Shown: piece by piece, positions 10,097-19,375 of the stretch
Position numbering within the stretch: the first letter of the stretch is position 1
How the letters are laid out: every line of letters begins with the position of its first letter
Origin: an uncultured Actinomycetota bacterium
GTDB lineage: Bacteria; Actinomycetota; Actinomycetes; Propionibacteriales; Nocardioidaceae
Length of the DNA: 64,000 nt
Assembly: GCA_963805345.1 (NCBI GenBank)
Contig: CAWDUA010000012.1
Location: 503-64,502, forward strand
Direction of reading: 5' to 3'
The notes under the pieces: model-generated
The model's input: the letters and a program-made list of their open reading frames with translations, nothing else
The model's database searches: none
What the model was told of the DNA's origin: nothing
Translations under genes and position numbers: made by a program

Positions 10097-10288
10097 TTAG
10101 ATCCCGCCGCCCATGGGTGGGAAGCGATCGGAACCCGAGCGCGCTCGGTCCAAGTCCTCTGCCGCCCGGGCGTCTCGTCGGGCGGCGCTGGTCCGCCTGC
10201 GTTGTTCACGGGCGACCCGCCACTGCCGGAACAGTTCGTAGGTTCTAGCCCGCAAGGTGCGCACAGCCAGAAGGCTACTCCGCGCCAA
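10097..10288 (-). CDS. Putative 63-aa small protein
   Basis: Only plausible ORF filling the R6-R7 interval. Confidence 0.3.
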   Translation of the reverse strand: MARSSLLAVRTLRARTYELFRQWRVAREQRRRTSAARRDARAAEDLDRARSGSDRFPPMGGGI

Positions 10289-10297
10289 CCTGAGTCA

Positions 10298-10346
10298 CCC
10301 GCTCATCGGCAGATCCGTGCGCGGACAGCGGCATAGGAGGACGTTC
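10298..10346 (+). repeat. Island spacer site R7
   Basis: CCCGCTCATCGGCAGATCCGTGCGCGGACAGCGGCATAGGAGGACGTT; nearly identical to R6. Confidence 0.9.
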
Positions 10347-10574
10347 GGGCGGCACCGTCAGCCTTCGGGCGCTGGCTCCGAATCGGGGTTGTCACGCCGC
10401 AAGGCGGCAGCGATGACCGACTACACGAGTTTGGCCGCGAGACCGACCGGGACGGTGAGCGCATCGGGGGCCAAGTCGTCGTCGGTCGGATGCGACTCGC
10501 TCGCCCAGAGCCCGGGACCATGTAACGCTCGGACATGTAGAGGTGAAGCTGACCTCAACCCGCTGGAGGACCCC

Positions 10575-11402
10575 ATGCGCGCGACATCGTGGACCGAAGT
10601 GCACGATCGGCTGATCGCCGACGCTGCACCGCCCGTGCCTGAGTTGTCCGACATCGTGCTGGACGAGGTCTGGATCCGGGTAGCGGCGGCGATGGAGGTC
10701 GAGGGCAAACCGCGTCGCAGGCGGGCTCGCCTCGTCGTCGGGGGGCTGGTCGGCGCCCTGGTTCTCGGCACCTCCGGCATCGCGGCCGCGGAGCTCTACA
10801 CGTCCCACACCGGAAACGGGCCATTGGACGCCGAAGACCTCAGGCTGGGCGGTCCCGGCGAGCGCCTCGATCCCGCAGCGCCCGACTTCGGGAACGTCGT
10901 CGCGAAGGAGACTGCGGACATCCCGTTCCCCAGTCGCGGATCTCGGGAGTTCGCGGTGCAGGACCAGGTCCACGACGAACGCTTCGCCGTGCCCGGCGCC
11001 GAGCTGGTTTCGGTCGGAGCCATCCGGGCGTGGGTGGCCGACGCAGCGCTGTGCTCGTGGTCGAACCAGTGGGCGGTCGCAACCCGGGACGGTGACGAAG
11101 CCGCCCGCGCCGAGGCGATCGGCATGATCCAGGCCGCGCCCCGGTGGCCGGCCGTCGTCGCCATCGATCCGAAGCCGTACAGCCGGACAGAGACCCAGGA
11201 GGTCAACGACGGCAACGGCAACACTCACACGGTGACCGTTCCGGACGAGAGCCAGTTCTACTACCTAGGTGCCCTCGGTGTGGCTGTGCAGGGACGCGAC
11301 CTGGATGCCGTGGCCCGGGTGCTAGCCGAGAACAACGGCTACTGCAGGCCCCAACTCGTCCCGGACCTGCCGAACGCCAACCCGCTTCATGCGGAGCGGT
11401 GA
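10575..11402 (+). CDS. Single-TM protein, possible anti-sigma partner
   Basis: RBS GGAGG before ATG 10575; RRRRAR followed by one hydrophobic helix; directly upstream of an ECF sigma. Confidence 0.7.
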   Translation: MRATSWTEVHDRLIADAAPPVPELSDIVLDEVWIRVAAAMEVEGKPRRRRARLVVGGLVGALVLGTSGIAAAELYTSHTGNGPLDAEDLRLGGPGERLDPAAPDFGNVVAKETADIPFPSRGSREFAVQDQVHDERFAVPGAELVSVGAIRAWVADAALCSWSNQWAVATRDGDEAARAEAIGMIQAAPRWPAVVAIDPKPYSRTETQEVNDGNGNTHTVTVPDESQFYYLGALGVAVQGRDLDAVARVLAENNGYCRPQLVPDLPNANPLHAER

Positions 11403-11403
11403 C

Positions 11404-11937
11404 ATGGGGCGCGCCTTGACTGCCCAGGAGTTCGAGACCCTCTACCGCGCGACCGTCCGCGATGTCCTCGCCTATGTACGACGGCGCACCTCCGGGGATG
11501 CCGAGGACATCGTCGCCGAGACGTACGCCGTGGCCTGGCGCCGGCGCTCGGAGCTGCCGAACCCCACGCTGCGGCGGGCGTGGCTCTTCGGTGTCGCCCG
11601 CAACCTACTCATAGCCGACGGTCGCCAGCAACAACGTGAGGGCAAACTGGTCAGCCAGCTCGCTGCCGGTCCCGGGCCAACTGTCAGCCCGACAGCAAAC
11701 CAGCGGACCGTACGGGTCGTGGCGGCTGCCCTCGGACGCCTCGCGCCGAACGACAAGGAGATCCTGCGTCTGGTTTCATGGGAGGGCCTGACCCCGGCAG
11801 AACTGGCCGTCGCTCTCGGCGTCCGCCCCGGAACCGCGCGGGTGCGCCTCCACCGCGCCCGACAGGCTCTCGCATCGGACCCGGAGATCAAGACACTCCT
11901 CGACAAGTTCGATCCAGCGATCCTGACAATGGGTTGA
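11404..11937 (+). CDS. ECF sigma-70 factor
   Basis: AEDIVAETYAVAWRRR..WLFGVARN (region 2); EILRLVSWEGLTPAELAVALG..GTARVRLHRAR (region 4). Confidence 0.92.
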   Translation: MGRALTAQEFETLYRATVRDVLAYVRRRTSGDAEDIVAETYAVAWRRRSELPNPTLRRAWLFGVARNLLIADGRQQQREGKLVSQLAAGPGPTVSPTANQRTVRVVAAALGRLAPNDKEILRLVSWEGLTPAELAVALGVRPGTARVRLHRARQALASDPEIKTLLDKFDPAILTMG

Positions 11938-11971
11938 TGCGCAACGAGGCGGCGCCGCCTTCGCTGAACTC

Positions 11972-11985
11972 GACCGCTCATCCGG
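11972..11985 (+). repeat. Spacer site R8, left half (abuts IS30)
   Basis: GACCGCTCATCCGG directly before the IS30 left TIR. Confidence 0.65.
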
Positions 11986-13208
11986 GTGGTCTCAATGGGT
12001 CAGCGCAACACTTCCTGACTTTGAGGAGGTTGCGATGGTGCGTGGGTATCGGAGGTTCTCGCCGGCGGATGAGGATGAGATCTGGCGGTGGATGCGGGCT
12101 GGTCATTCGATGAAGCCGGCAGCTCGTGCGTTGGGTCTTCCGACCAGCGCGGTGCGGTCGTATCTGGTGCGGTGTGGCGGGATCCGACCGGCGCCGCGGC
12201 GGCGGTCGCCGGGCCGGTTGAGCTTGCTCGAGCGGGAGGAGATCTCCCGTGGTCTGGCTGCCGGGTCTGTCGTTGCGGACGATCGCGGCCGGGCTGGGCA
12301 GGTCGGCCTCGACGGTCAGTCGGGAGGTCGCCGGGCACGGTGGCCGAGGTGGTTATCGGGCAGCGCGGGCTGATCAGCTGGCCTGGGCGCGGGCCCGGCG
12401 TCCCCAGGCGTGCAAGCTGGCAACCCATGCCGGTGTTGCGTGCGATCGTGGCCGAGAAGCTCCAGCAGGAGCAGTGGTCACCTCAGCAGATCGCTGGCTG
12501 GCTGAAGACCACCTATCCCGACGAGGCGGAGATGCAGGTGTCGCACGAGACGATCTACCGCACCCTGTTCATCCAGTCCCGCGGTGCGTTACGCAAGGAG
12601 CTGACCGCTCATCTGCGCACCGGGCGGGTGATCCGACGCCCGGCGGGGACCCGGCTCCCGGACGGTCGTGGTGGCCGGCCCGGGATCCTCAACATCTCCG
12701 AACGACCAGCCGAGGCTGTCGACCGGGCCGTGCCCGGGCATTGGGAAGGCGACCTGGTCTTCGGCAAACGGATGAGTCCCGGTGGCCACGCTTGGTGGAA
12801 CGCTCGACCCGGTTCGTGATGCTGGTCGCGCTGCCCGAGCGGGCACAAGGCCGACCTGGTCGCCGAGGCGTTGGCCGCGAAGATCACCACCCTGCCCGCC
12901 GCACTGACCCGGACGCTGACCTGGGACCAGGGCCACGAGATGGCCGAGCACATCCGGTTCACCGAGGAGACCGGTGATCGAGGTCTACTTCTGTGACCCC
13001 AGGAGTCGCCGTGGCAGCGCGGGAGCAACGAGAACACCAACGGACTGCTGCGCCAATACCTACCCCGAACCCTCGACTTCCGGACCCTGACCCAAGCCGA
13101 CTTCGACGCCATCGCCGACAAGCTCAACGGACGCCCTCGACAGACACTCGGCTTCAAGACACCATCACAAGTACTGGCCGAGGTGTTGCGTTGACGGCCT
13201 GAGCCCGC
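11986..13208 (+). mobile_element. IS30-family insertion sequence
   Basis: 26-bp imperfect TIRs (11986-12011 and 13183-13208, 19/26 match) around an IS30 transposase. Confidence 0.9.
12035..13194 (+). pseudogene. IS30 transposase with multiple frameshifts
   Basis: LSLLEREEISRGLA, WSPQQIAGWL, VSHETIY, GHWEGDL, LTWDQGHEM and GSNENTNGLLRQYLP spread over alternating frames. Confidence 0.9.
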
Positions 13209-13226
13209 AGGCATGTGAGGTCGATG
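13209..13226 (+). repeat. Spacer site R8, right half
   Basis: AGGCATGTGAGGTCGATG; completes the palindrome GACCGCTCAT/ATGTGAGGTC. Confidence 0.65.
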
Positions 13227-13482
13227 CTTATGCTGCCGCGCCGGAGGGTGCGGGGTGCGAGAACGTGGGCTCGAGCTCAGCGGGCCACGCTGGCTAGAGT
13301 GGGGCGGACCGCCGCCGGCCGGCACGCATGACGGTCCGCGAGCGGTCGCGCGGCTCGTCGGCGGGTGCAACTTTGCACTCTCCCTATCGCATGTTGTCCG
13401 GCGATTCCTACCCGGTTGGTTCAGGCGTGAAGTTGCACGTTGCCCCTGTTGGTGGTGCCCGAACACGACTCGACGGTCATAG

Positions 13483-13497
13483 CCGGCGGAGTGACGC
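13483..13497 (+). repeat. Variant spacer site (class II) R9
   Basis: CCGGCGGAGTGACGC. Confidence 0.6.
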
Positions 13498-13540
13498 AAC
13501 TGCCGGCGCCTCTCGGACTACTGGTTTCCTGTCGCACAGG

Positions 13541-14440
13541 CTATTGACCAGGAGGGTGCGTCTGCGAGATCTCGGATGATGACAGGGCAGGCCCGCCTGG
13601 GACGTCACCGTAGTGATGGTCACACAGGGGGATCGTTGTGACATCACTTCCGTGGTGCTCTAAGAACTCATCCGGCGTCCAGCCAGTCGCAGACATAATC
13701 CATAGGCCATCTGGCATTTGGATCCTGCAGAACGGAACGAGTACGCCACCATGGGCCAGAGTCGGATCTCCGCCGTCCGTGCGAGATGTCGATGGCCCGC
13801 CGTATTGACGCATCTTGAAGGTCGGATCCCCAACAAGGGTCTGGACGCGCGGGTATGGCCAACCCGTGTAGGTCGTCGGCCTAGCGGCTGGATCCACCTC
13901 CGAAATGTTTGTCCCGGATCCCGTGCTGACGATCTGGAGTACTTGGGTGTACGAGTTCACGTTGGGGTCGGGTCTTTCGTTCACCTCGCCCCGAAACACG
14001 TAGTAGTTCACTCGAAACTGGTTGATAGCGCCGGAGTCCCGGACACGCGCGATCGGTCCGACCCGCTCCGACCACAGGACTCCGTCGAAGGAGTGCGTGA
14101 AACGGTCGATCGAGCCGCCCCAAGACTGCTGCGCTCTTGGTGTCAAGGATGTCCACTCGTCCTGAGGCGACGCTCCCGACGTGCGACCAAGGTAGTGGTC
14201 GATGGCGACAGAAGCCTCCTCGAGGGTGATCTGTTGGTGAGCTCGCTTGCAACCCCATATGTGCAAACCTGCTGGGACGTGGTCACAGGCCGCATTCCGT
14301 GTCGCGTCTGTCTTTACGAACGCCGTAAGAAAGGCGACAACGAGCACCCCGAGGACCCCGAGGACCTTCACCGACGACTTTTGTAGGAAGGATTTCGGTT
14401 GCGTAACCGGACCATCCGTGGGACCGAGGCTTTGTGACAT
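13541..14440 (-). CDS. Membrane-anchored hypothetical protein
   Basis: ATG 14440, N-terminal hydrophobic helix VLGVLGVLVVAFLTAF; visibly more AT-rich than the backbone. Confidence 0.7.
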   Translation of the reverse strand: MSQSLGPTDGPVTQPKSFLQKSSVKVLGVLGVLVVAFLTAFVKTDATRNAACDHVPAGLHIWGCKRAHQQITLEEASVAIDHYLGRTSGASPQDEWTSLTPRAQQSWGGSIDRFTHSFDGVLWSERVGPIARVRDSGAINQFRVNYYVFRGEVNERPDPNVNSYTQVLQIVSTGSGTNISEVDPAARPTTYTGWPYPRVQTLVGDPTFKMRQYGGPSTSRTDGGDPTLAHGGVLVPFCRIQMPDGLWIMSATGWTPDEFLEHHGSDVTTIPLCDHHYGDVPGGPALSSSEISQTHPPGQ

Positions 14441-14626
14441 TGGTATACCCCCGCGGAGCAGTAGAGCAGGGGCCGTCGGTGACTTACAAGCCTCAACCAA
14501 TGTCCGCGGGTTCTCGGCCTGCCAAGCCCCGGCCAGCTCGGGCGGACAATCCTTAGCAGGCGCGACACCACCATCGGTCAAGTTCGGGTGGGAGGCCATC
14601 CATGCCTCGCCGCGTGGTCAGCGAAC

Positions 14627-14641
14627 CCGGCGAAGTGACGC
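14627..14641 (+). repeat. Variant spacer site (class II) R10
   Basis: CCGGCGAAGTGACGC. Confidence 0.6.
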
Positions 14642-14702
14642 GACGGCGGTCGGCCTCTGCCGGCGCCGGACCTCAGCGTGGTGCGACGAATACGCTGGCC
14701 GA

Positions 14703-15341
14703 GTGAAGAAGCTAGGCTTCGACGCCCGGGAGCGTTCCAGCCTGTGCGACCTCCTCGACGAGCTCGGCCCGGATGCCGCAACGCTCTTGACGCCGTGGAC
14801 CACCCGGGACATCGCGGTGCACCTGTACCTACGCGAGCACGATCCGGTGGCGGGACCCGGACTGGTGATACCGGGCGCGTGGGCGCGCCTCGCCGAGAGG
14901 CATCACAGGCGAGCGGCATGCCGGGACTTCTCAGAGCTTGTGGCAGCGGTTCGCTCCGGACCGCGTGGAGTGTTCCGTCTTGGCTGGCTCAGGAAGGTTC
15001 CGAACCTCAATGAGTTCTTCGTGCACCACGAGGATGTGCGCCGTGCGAACGGTGGCGCACCTCGAGACTTCGACCCGGCTATGGATCAGGCGCTATGGGC
15101 GAACATCCGGAGTGGAGCGCGGATCCTGGCGCGTCGGCTACGTGGTTGCGGGCTGGAGGTGCATGATCCGTCGACGGGGGAGACCGTCCGCGCCCGCGCC
15201 GGTGAGCCCATGATTCGCATCTCTGGCCAGCCAGGTGAGTTGTTGCTCTTTCTCTTCGGGCGGCAGGACGCTGCAGTCGTCGCTGTTGACGGCCCACCGG
15301 GGACCATCGACAAGGTGAGATCAGCACGCTTGGGAGTCTGA
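14703..15341 (+). CDS. TIGR03085-like metal-binding protein (MDMPI/DinB superfamily)
   Basis: ERSSLCDLL..WTTRDIAVHLYLRE, NLNEFFVHHEDVRRAN, GELLLFLFGR. Confidence 0.85.
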   Translation: MKKLGFDARERSSLCDLLDELGPDAATLLTPWTTRDIAVHLYLREHDPVAGPGLVIPGAWARLAERHHRRAACRDFSELVAAVRSGPRGVFRLGWLRKVPNLNEFFVHHEDVRRANGGAPRDFDPAMDQALWANIRSGARILARRLRGCGLEVHDPSTGETVRARAGEPMIRISGQPGELLLFLFGRQDAAVVAVDGPPGTIDKVRSARLGV

Positions 15342-15377
15342 AACGCCCCCCTTGCCGTCTGGGTCAAGGTCCACTGG

Positions 15378-15391
15378 CGGCGGAGTGACGC
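15378..15391 (+). repeat. Variant spacer site (class II) R11
   Basis: CGGCGGAGTGACGC. Confidence 0.6.
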
Positions 15392-15449
15392 GGTCCACGG
15401 AGACGGTTCAGCTCGAGATGCCACCCAGCCCCGCCGCTACCGTGATCAC

Positions 15450-16598
15450 ATGAGTCGCAGACGGGAAGCGCGGGTTCAGGATCAGGGGGACGGCACCTGG
15501 TGCGTCTTGCTCGGCGACGCACCGATTCGCTCCGGCTTGTCGCGGGCTGAAGCCGAGGAGTGGGCTACGAAGACTCCGAGCGAGCTCGTCAAGGGAACCC
15601 AATGGTCTCGGCAGTGGTTCAGCCGCGGCGTGTCGGCAGAACGGATCGCGGCGATCCGGGCTGAAGATGTCTGCGACCCGATCCGGTCCGGCGAGTACGT
15701 CTTGGACCTCTTCGACCTCTACCACCGAATGTGGGAAATTGGACAGGACGAGCGCGACGGAACGCGACTCTTCCGGCCTCGCCCGGGTACCCGGGAGGCT
15801 CTCAAGTGGCTCATCGAGGACCTATCCGGAACACCCGCAGATCCGGTGAAGACGATGCCGGACAACAACAACATCCGAAGAGCCGTGCACGCCAGACTTC
15901 AGGAGCGGGGCTGGGCTGATCGAATTAACCAGGTCTCGTTCCGGCTTCTCCGCGATCCTGCGGTGCAAGTGCTGCCCGAGGAACCCTCGCTTGAGGAGCT
16001 TTCCAGGACGCACAGTGCGGGCCAGCCGCAGGACCTCGCTTGGAACACCGACCTCTCGACGCAACCTCCGGAGAGCGACGAACTGCTCAGCGAGGATGGA
16101 GAACTGATTGTCGACGTGACCACCAGCGAGATCACCGGCGCGAACGGAGCACCGCGTTTGGGTGGTCTGCGCTGGAGCGATTGGCATCCGTTAGACGTGG
16201 CCGCACGCGAGGCGACGACCGACCCAGGGGTGTACATCGCTCGGAGTGGTTCGCAAGTCGTGTACGTCGGGATGGCTGGTGAGCGCCGCGGGATGGGCGT
16301 GCGGGGGCGCCTCCAGATCTACGCTCGGGGACGGGGTGCCGTCTCTGGCCTCGGGGAGGCTGCCCTCGATCGGGCCTTGGCAGACCAAGCGTGGTTATCC
16401 GATCGGCTGCACCGCCTGCACCCGGAGGGCCCATCGCGAGCCAAGCAGTGGGCTGCCGACGCCATGGAGCACGCCCACCTGCATATCTGCTGGACATCCG
16501 CTCCGACCGCTGAGGCAGCCAGGGAGACTGAGACCGCGGTGCTGCTGGAGCTGGAAGACGTCGCGCTCTGGAACCGGGCTAGACCTCACAGGCCATGA
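15450..16598 (+). CDS. Two-domain protein with C-terminal GIY-YIG-like nuclease
   Basis: PGVY..VVYVGMAG..GRL..E..LWN signature in the C-terminal third. Confidence 0.7.
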   Translation: MSRRREARVQDQGDGTWCVLLGDAPIRSGLSRAEAEEWATKTPSELVKGTQWSRQWFSRGVSAERIAAIRAEDVCDPIRSGEYVLDLFDLYHRMWEIGQDERDGTRLFRPRPGTREALKWLIEDLSGTPADPVKTMPDNNNIRRAVHARLQERGWADRINQVSFRLLRDPAVQVLPEEPSLEELSRTHSAGQPQDLAWNTDLSTQPPESDELLSEDGELIVDVTTSEITGANGAPRLGGLRWSDWHPLDVAAREATTDPGVYIARSGSQVVYVGMAGERRGMGVRGRLQIYARGRGAVSGLGEAALDRALADQAWLSDRLHRLHPEGPSRAKQWAADAMEHAHLHICWTSAPTAEAARETETAVLLELEDVALWNRARPHRP

Positions 16599-16772
16599 GT
16601 GTGGCCCTGGCCGGCCCTAGACGGACGGATAGCGCGCCGCACCGACAGCCGGCGATATGGGCTACGCGGGTTGGCCCGTGAACAGTCACGGCTGGGCAGT
16701 TGCGCAAGACGTACCGTCTGAACTCGTTGAAGCCGTCCGGCTTGTGCTGTTAGGCGCGTGAGGGCGCTTGGG

Positions 16773-17393
16773 TTAGACCGGTTCGGGGAGTCGGGCGGTG
16801 CCGATGATCATGGGTCGCTCGATGGTGGGGGCTTTGGGTACTTCGCCGTGTCGGAGGTCGTCGAGGTGCAGGGGAGAGGCGGTGATGGTTTGCAGGGTGT
16901 CGCGGTTGGGGTGGCAGCCCATGAGCGGGTAGGGGAAGGGCTGGCGGTCCTGTTTGGCTGCGATTGCTGGGTCTGTGGAGCGGACGTGCTCGGCGAACAG
17001 CAGGCGGCCGCCGGGGCGTAGCACCCGGGCGATCTCGCTCAACGCGTCGGCGGGGTCGGGGACGCTGCACAGCACGAAGGTGATCACGGCGGTGTCGAAG
17101 GAGTCCTCGGGGAACGGGAGTCGAGCTGCGGTCGCGTCGATGACCTCGGCGTCGGGTCGGGTCGTGGCGACGCGGCGACGGAGCCGCCGTGTCATGTGCG
17201 GGTCGGGCTCGACCAGGACCAGGCGGGTGACGGTGTGGCTGTAGTGAGGCAGGTTGAGGCCGGTGCCGGCGCCGACCTCGATGGTGGCTCCGGTGGCCTG
17301 CGCGAGCAGCTGGTGTCGCTGGTCGCTCATCCCGGCGGTCTCCGAGGACCTGCCGATCGTGTCGTACATCGCGGCGTAGAACCGCTTGAACAT
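16773..17393 (-). CDS. Class I SAM-dependent methyltransferase
   Basis: IEVGAGTG, LPFPEDSFD, RVLRPGGRLLFAEH. Confidence 0.92.
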   Translation of the reverse strand: MFKRFYAAMYDTIGRSSETAGMSDQRHQLLAQATGATIEVGAGTGLNLPHYSHTVTRLVLVEPDPHMTRRLRRRVATTRPDAEVIDATAARLPFPEDSFDTAVITFVLCSVPDPADALSEIARVLRPGGRLLFAEHVRSTDPAIAAKQDRQPFPYPLMGCHPNRDTLQTITASPLHLDDLRHGEVPKAPTIERPMIIGTARLPEPV

Positions 17394-17403
17394 GGCGTTC
17401 CTC

Positions 17404-18420
17404 CTACCCTCCTGGCTGGTACTCCTGGTCGGCGGCTGCCTGGTGGGTTGCTTCGGTGTCCGGGCGCTGGGAGAAGTACCCGTACAGGCGGCGTACCTCG
17501 TCGCGCCCGTCGTGGACCAGCACCTGCGTCGCGGCTGGTGGACAGTGGGTCGGGTGGTCGGCGGGGTTGACGAACTCGGCCTCGATGATCGCCAGGCCCG
17601 CCCCGGCGACCACGTCGCCGAGTCGGTAGCCGACTCGGTCGTTCAGGTCCTGCTCACAGAAGCGACGCAGCTCGTCCCTGCCGGAGGCCTGTGCCCCTTG
17701 TGAGGAGGTCACTAGCACCTCTGGGGTGAAGATCTGTGCGTATGGCTCCGGATCGCTGTGGTCGTTGAACGCCTCGAAGGCCTCCGCCATCCGCCGGGTC
17801 CACTCCTCGGTGGCCTGACCGACATCGGGATGGCTGCCGGCGGCCAGGGACAGCAGTCGGCCCCCCAGGTCGGCCCTGGCCTGGTGCAGCCTGCTGCGTA
17901 CCGTGCCCACGGGCACCCCACAGGTCTCTGCTATCTCCTGGTAGGAGCAGTGCCGGCCGAAGTAGCGCAGGGTCGCGGTCAGCCTCACCGGCTCGGGCAG
18001 CTCGCCAAGCGCCGCCCACACCCAGTCGCGCAGGCACATCTCCTCCACCTGCTGCTCGACCGAGGACACCCCGCCGGCACGGTCGACCTCCCGAGTCATG
18101 TCCGGGGTCGGGACCTCGCGGTTGCCGCGCCGCAGCTGCATCGCGCAGACACTGCGAACGATGGCATGCAGCCAGGCACCAACCTTCGCTGGGTCACGGA
18201 GCTGATCGAGGCGCCGCAGCGCGATCACAAACGTCTCCTGCACCGCGTCGGCCGCGGCCTCACGTTCCCCCACACGACCAAGCGCGCTCGCGTAGAGCCC
18301 AGCACGATGGCGCTCCAACAAGACGCCGAACGCGGCCGCGTCTCCGCCACGGGCCAGCCACACCAACTCGGCATCCACGGGCTGATCGATACCGGACGCG
18401 GCAGCACTCTCGACCCTCAT
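17404..18420 (-). CDS. ECF sigma factor with C-terminal SnoaL-like extension
   Basis: AADAVQETF..GAWLHAIVR; SYQEIAETCGVPVGTVRSRLHQAR; about 120-aa C-terminal extension. Confidence 0.88.
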   Translation of the reverse strand: MRVESAAASGIDQPVDAELVWLARGGDAAAFGVLLERHRAGLYASALGRVGEREAAADAVQETFVIALRRLDQLRDPAKVGAWLHAIVRSVCAMQLRRGNREVPTPDMTREVDRAGGVSSVEQQVEEMCLRDWVWAALGELPEPVRLTATLRYFGRHCSYQEIAETCGVPVGTVRSRLHQARADLGGRLLSLAAGSHPDVGQATEEWTRRMAEAFEAFNDHSDPEPYAQIFTPEVLVTSSQGAQASGRDELRRFCEQDLNDRVGYRLGDVVAGAGLAIIEAEFVNPADHPTHCPPAATQVLVHDGRDEVRRLYGYFSQRPDTEATHQAAADQEYQPGG

Positions 18421-18800
18421 GAACTAAAGATGCCCCCGCACCCGCGAAAGTTCGACCACCCACCACCCGCGCACCATCCGCGGTCCACCTCTCCACTGGT
18501 ATTCGGGTATTGCCCGCAGCGGCCGCCCCAAAATCGCCAGAGCCACCCGCCCGGGTGCGGTCAGCCTCAGACCTCTCCACCTCGTCGGCTCCGAGCACGT
18601 CACCGACCGCGACCACGTCGCGCGCCGAAGACACCTGGCTGGCGCGCCCCACAGGGCGCAACAGAGCGCAACAGGGCGCACCTGGACCGGCAGCGGGAGG
18701 CCCGGGCCCACCAACCGGCGCCCGAGTGCCAGCCCGCGTCCTCGCCGCACACCACGTCTCCAAACACGGGCCGCGGCATCGATTGCACTCCAAGAGGGCC

Positions 18801-18927
18801 GACAGCCGGCGGAAGGACGCATGCTGCTTGGTGGTGTGCCGGGCAACGGACGTGCCTCAACTCGTGCCACCTTCGCCCGGACAACGGCTACGGACGTCTG
18901 CCGCAAAGGCAGGCGGCGGAAGGAAGC
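18801..18927 (+). repeat. Cluster of three partial spacer sites
   Basis: GACAGCCGGCGGAAGGACGC (18801-18820), CCCGGACAACGGCTACGGACGTC (18876-18898), CGGCGGAAGGAAGC (18914-18927). Confidence 0.55.
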
Positions 18928-19375
18928 ACCATGCCGACGGGATGGCCCGCAGGGTGGTCCCGCGATTCGGGCAGTTCGGGTCCCCGCGTGCTGGAATGCC
19001 AGCCAAGGAAGTACGCGGTACCTCGGATGAACCGAACCATGAGCAACCGTGCAGCGAACTGACCGGATCCTCACGACTCGACTGAACTGCGTTACTGGGA
19101 CGCGAGCAGCGGACTGGGCATACGGCTCTCGTCAGCCACAGCGCCAACCAGCAAACAAGTGACGTACCGGGGGCATCGTTCGCCTTGGTCGGCTCGGGAG
19201 TGCGGGGACTCCCCGACGGTGCGCACCGTGGTCCGCCGTGCACGTGGACGGAGCAGCTGTGGGGTTGGGTGGACCGTTGCGCGGTCGCCGACTCGGTGGC
19301 CTGAACCGGTTGCGTCGATGCCAACCTTTCCTTCGTTGGGGCTCCAGGTCGCCGCGCACCCCGCGGCCGCGATGG

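Noticed and set aside
6954-10346. CRISPR array
   Set aside because: The repeats vary in sequence and length, are separated by 0.26-1.2 kb gene-containing intervals, and no cas genes are present.
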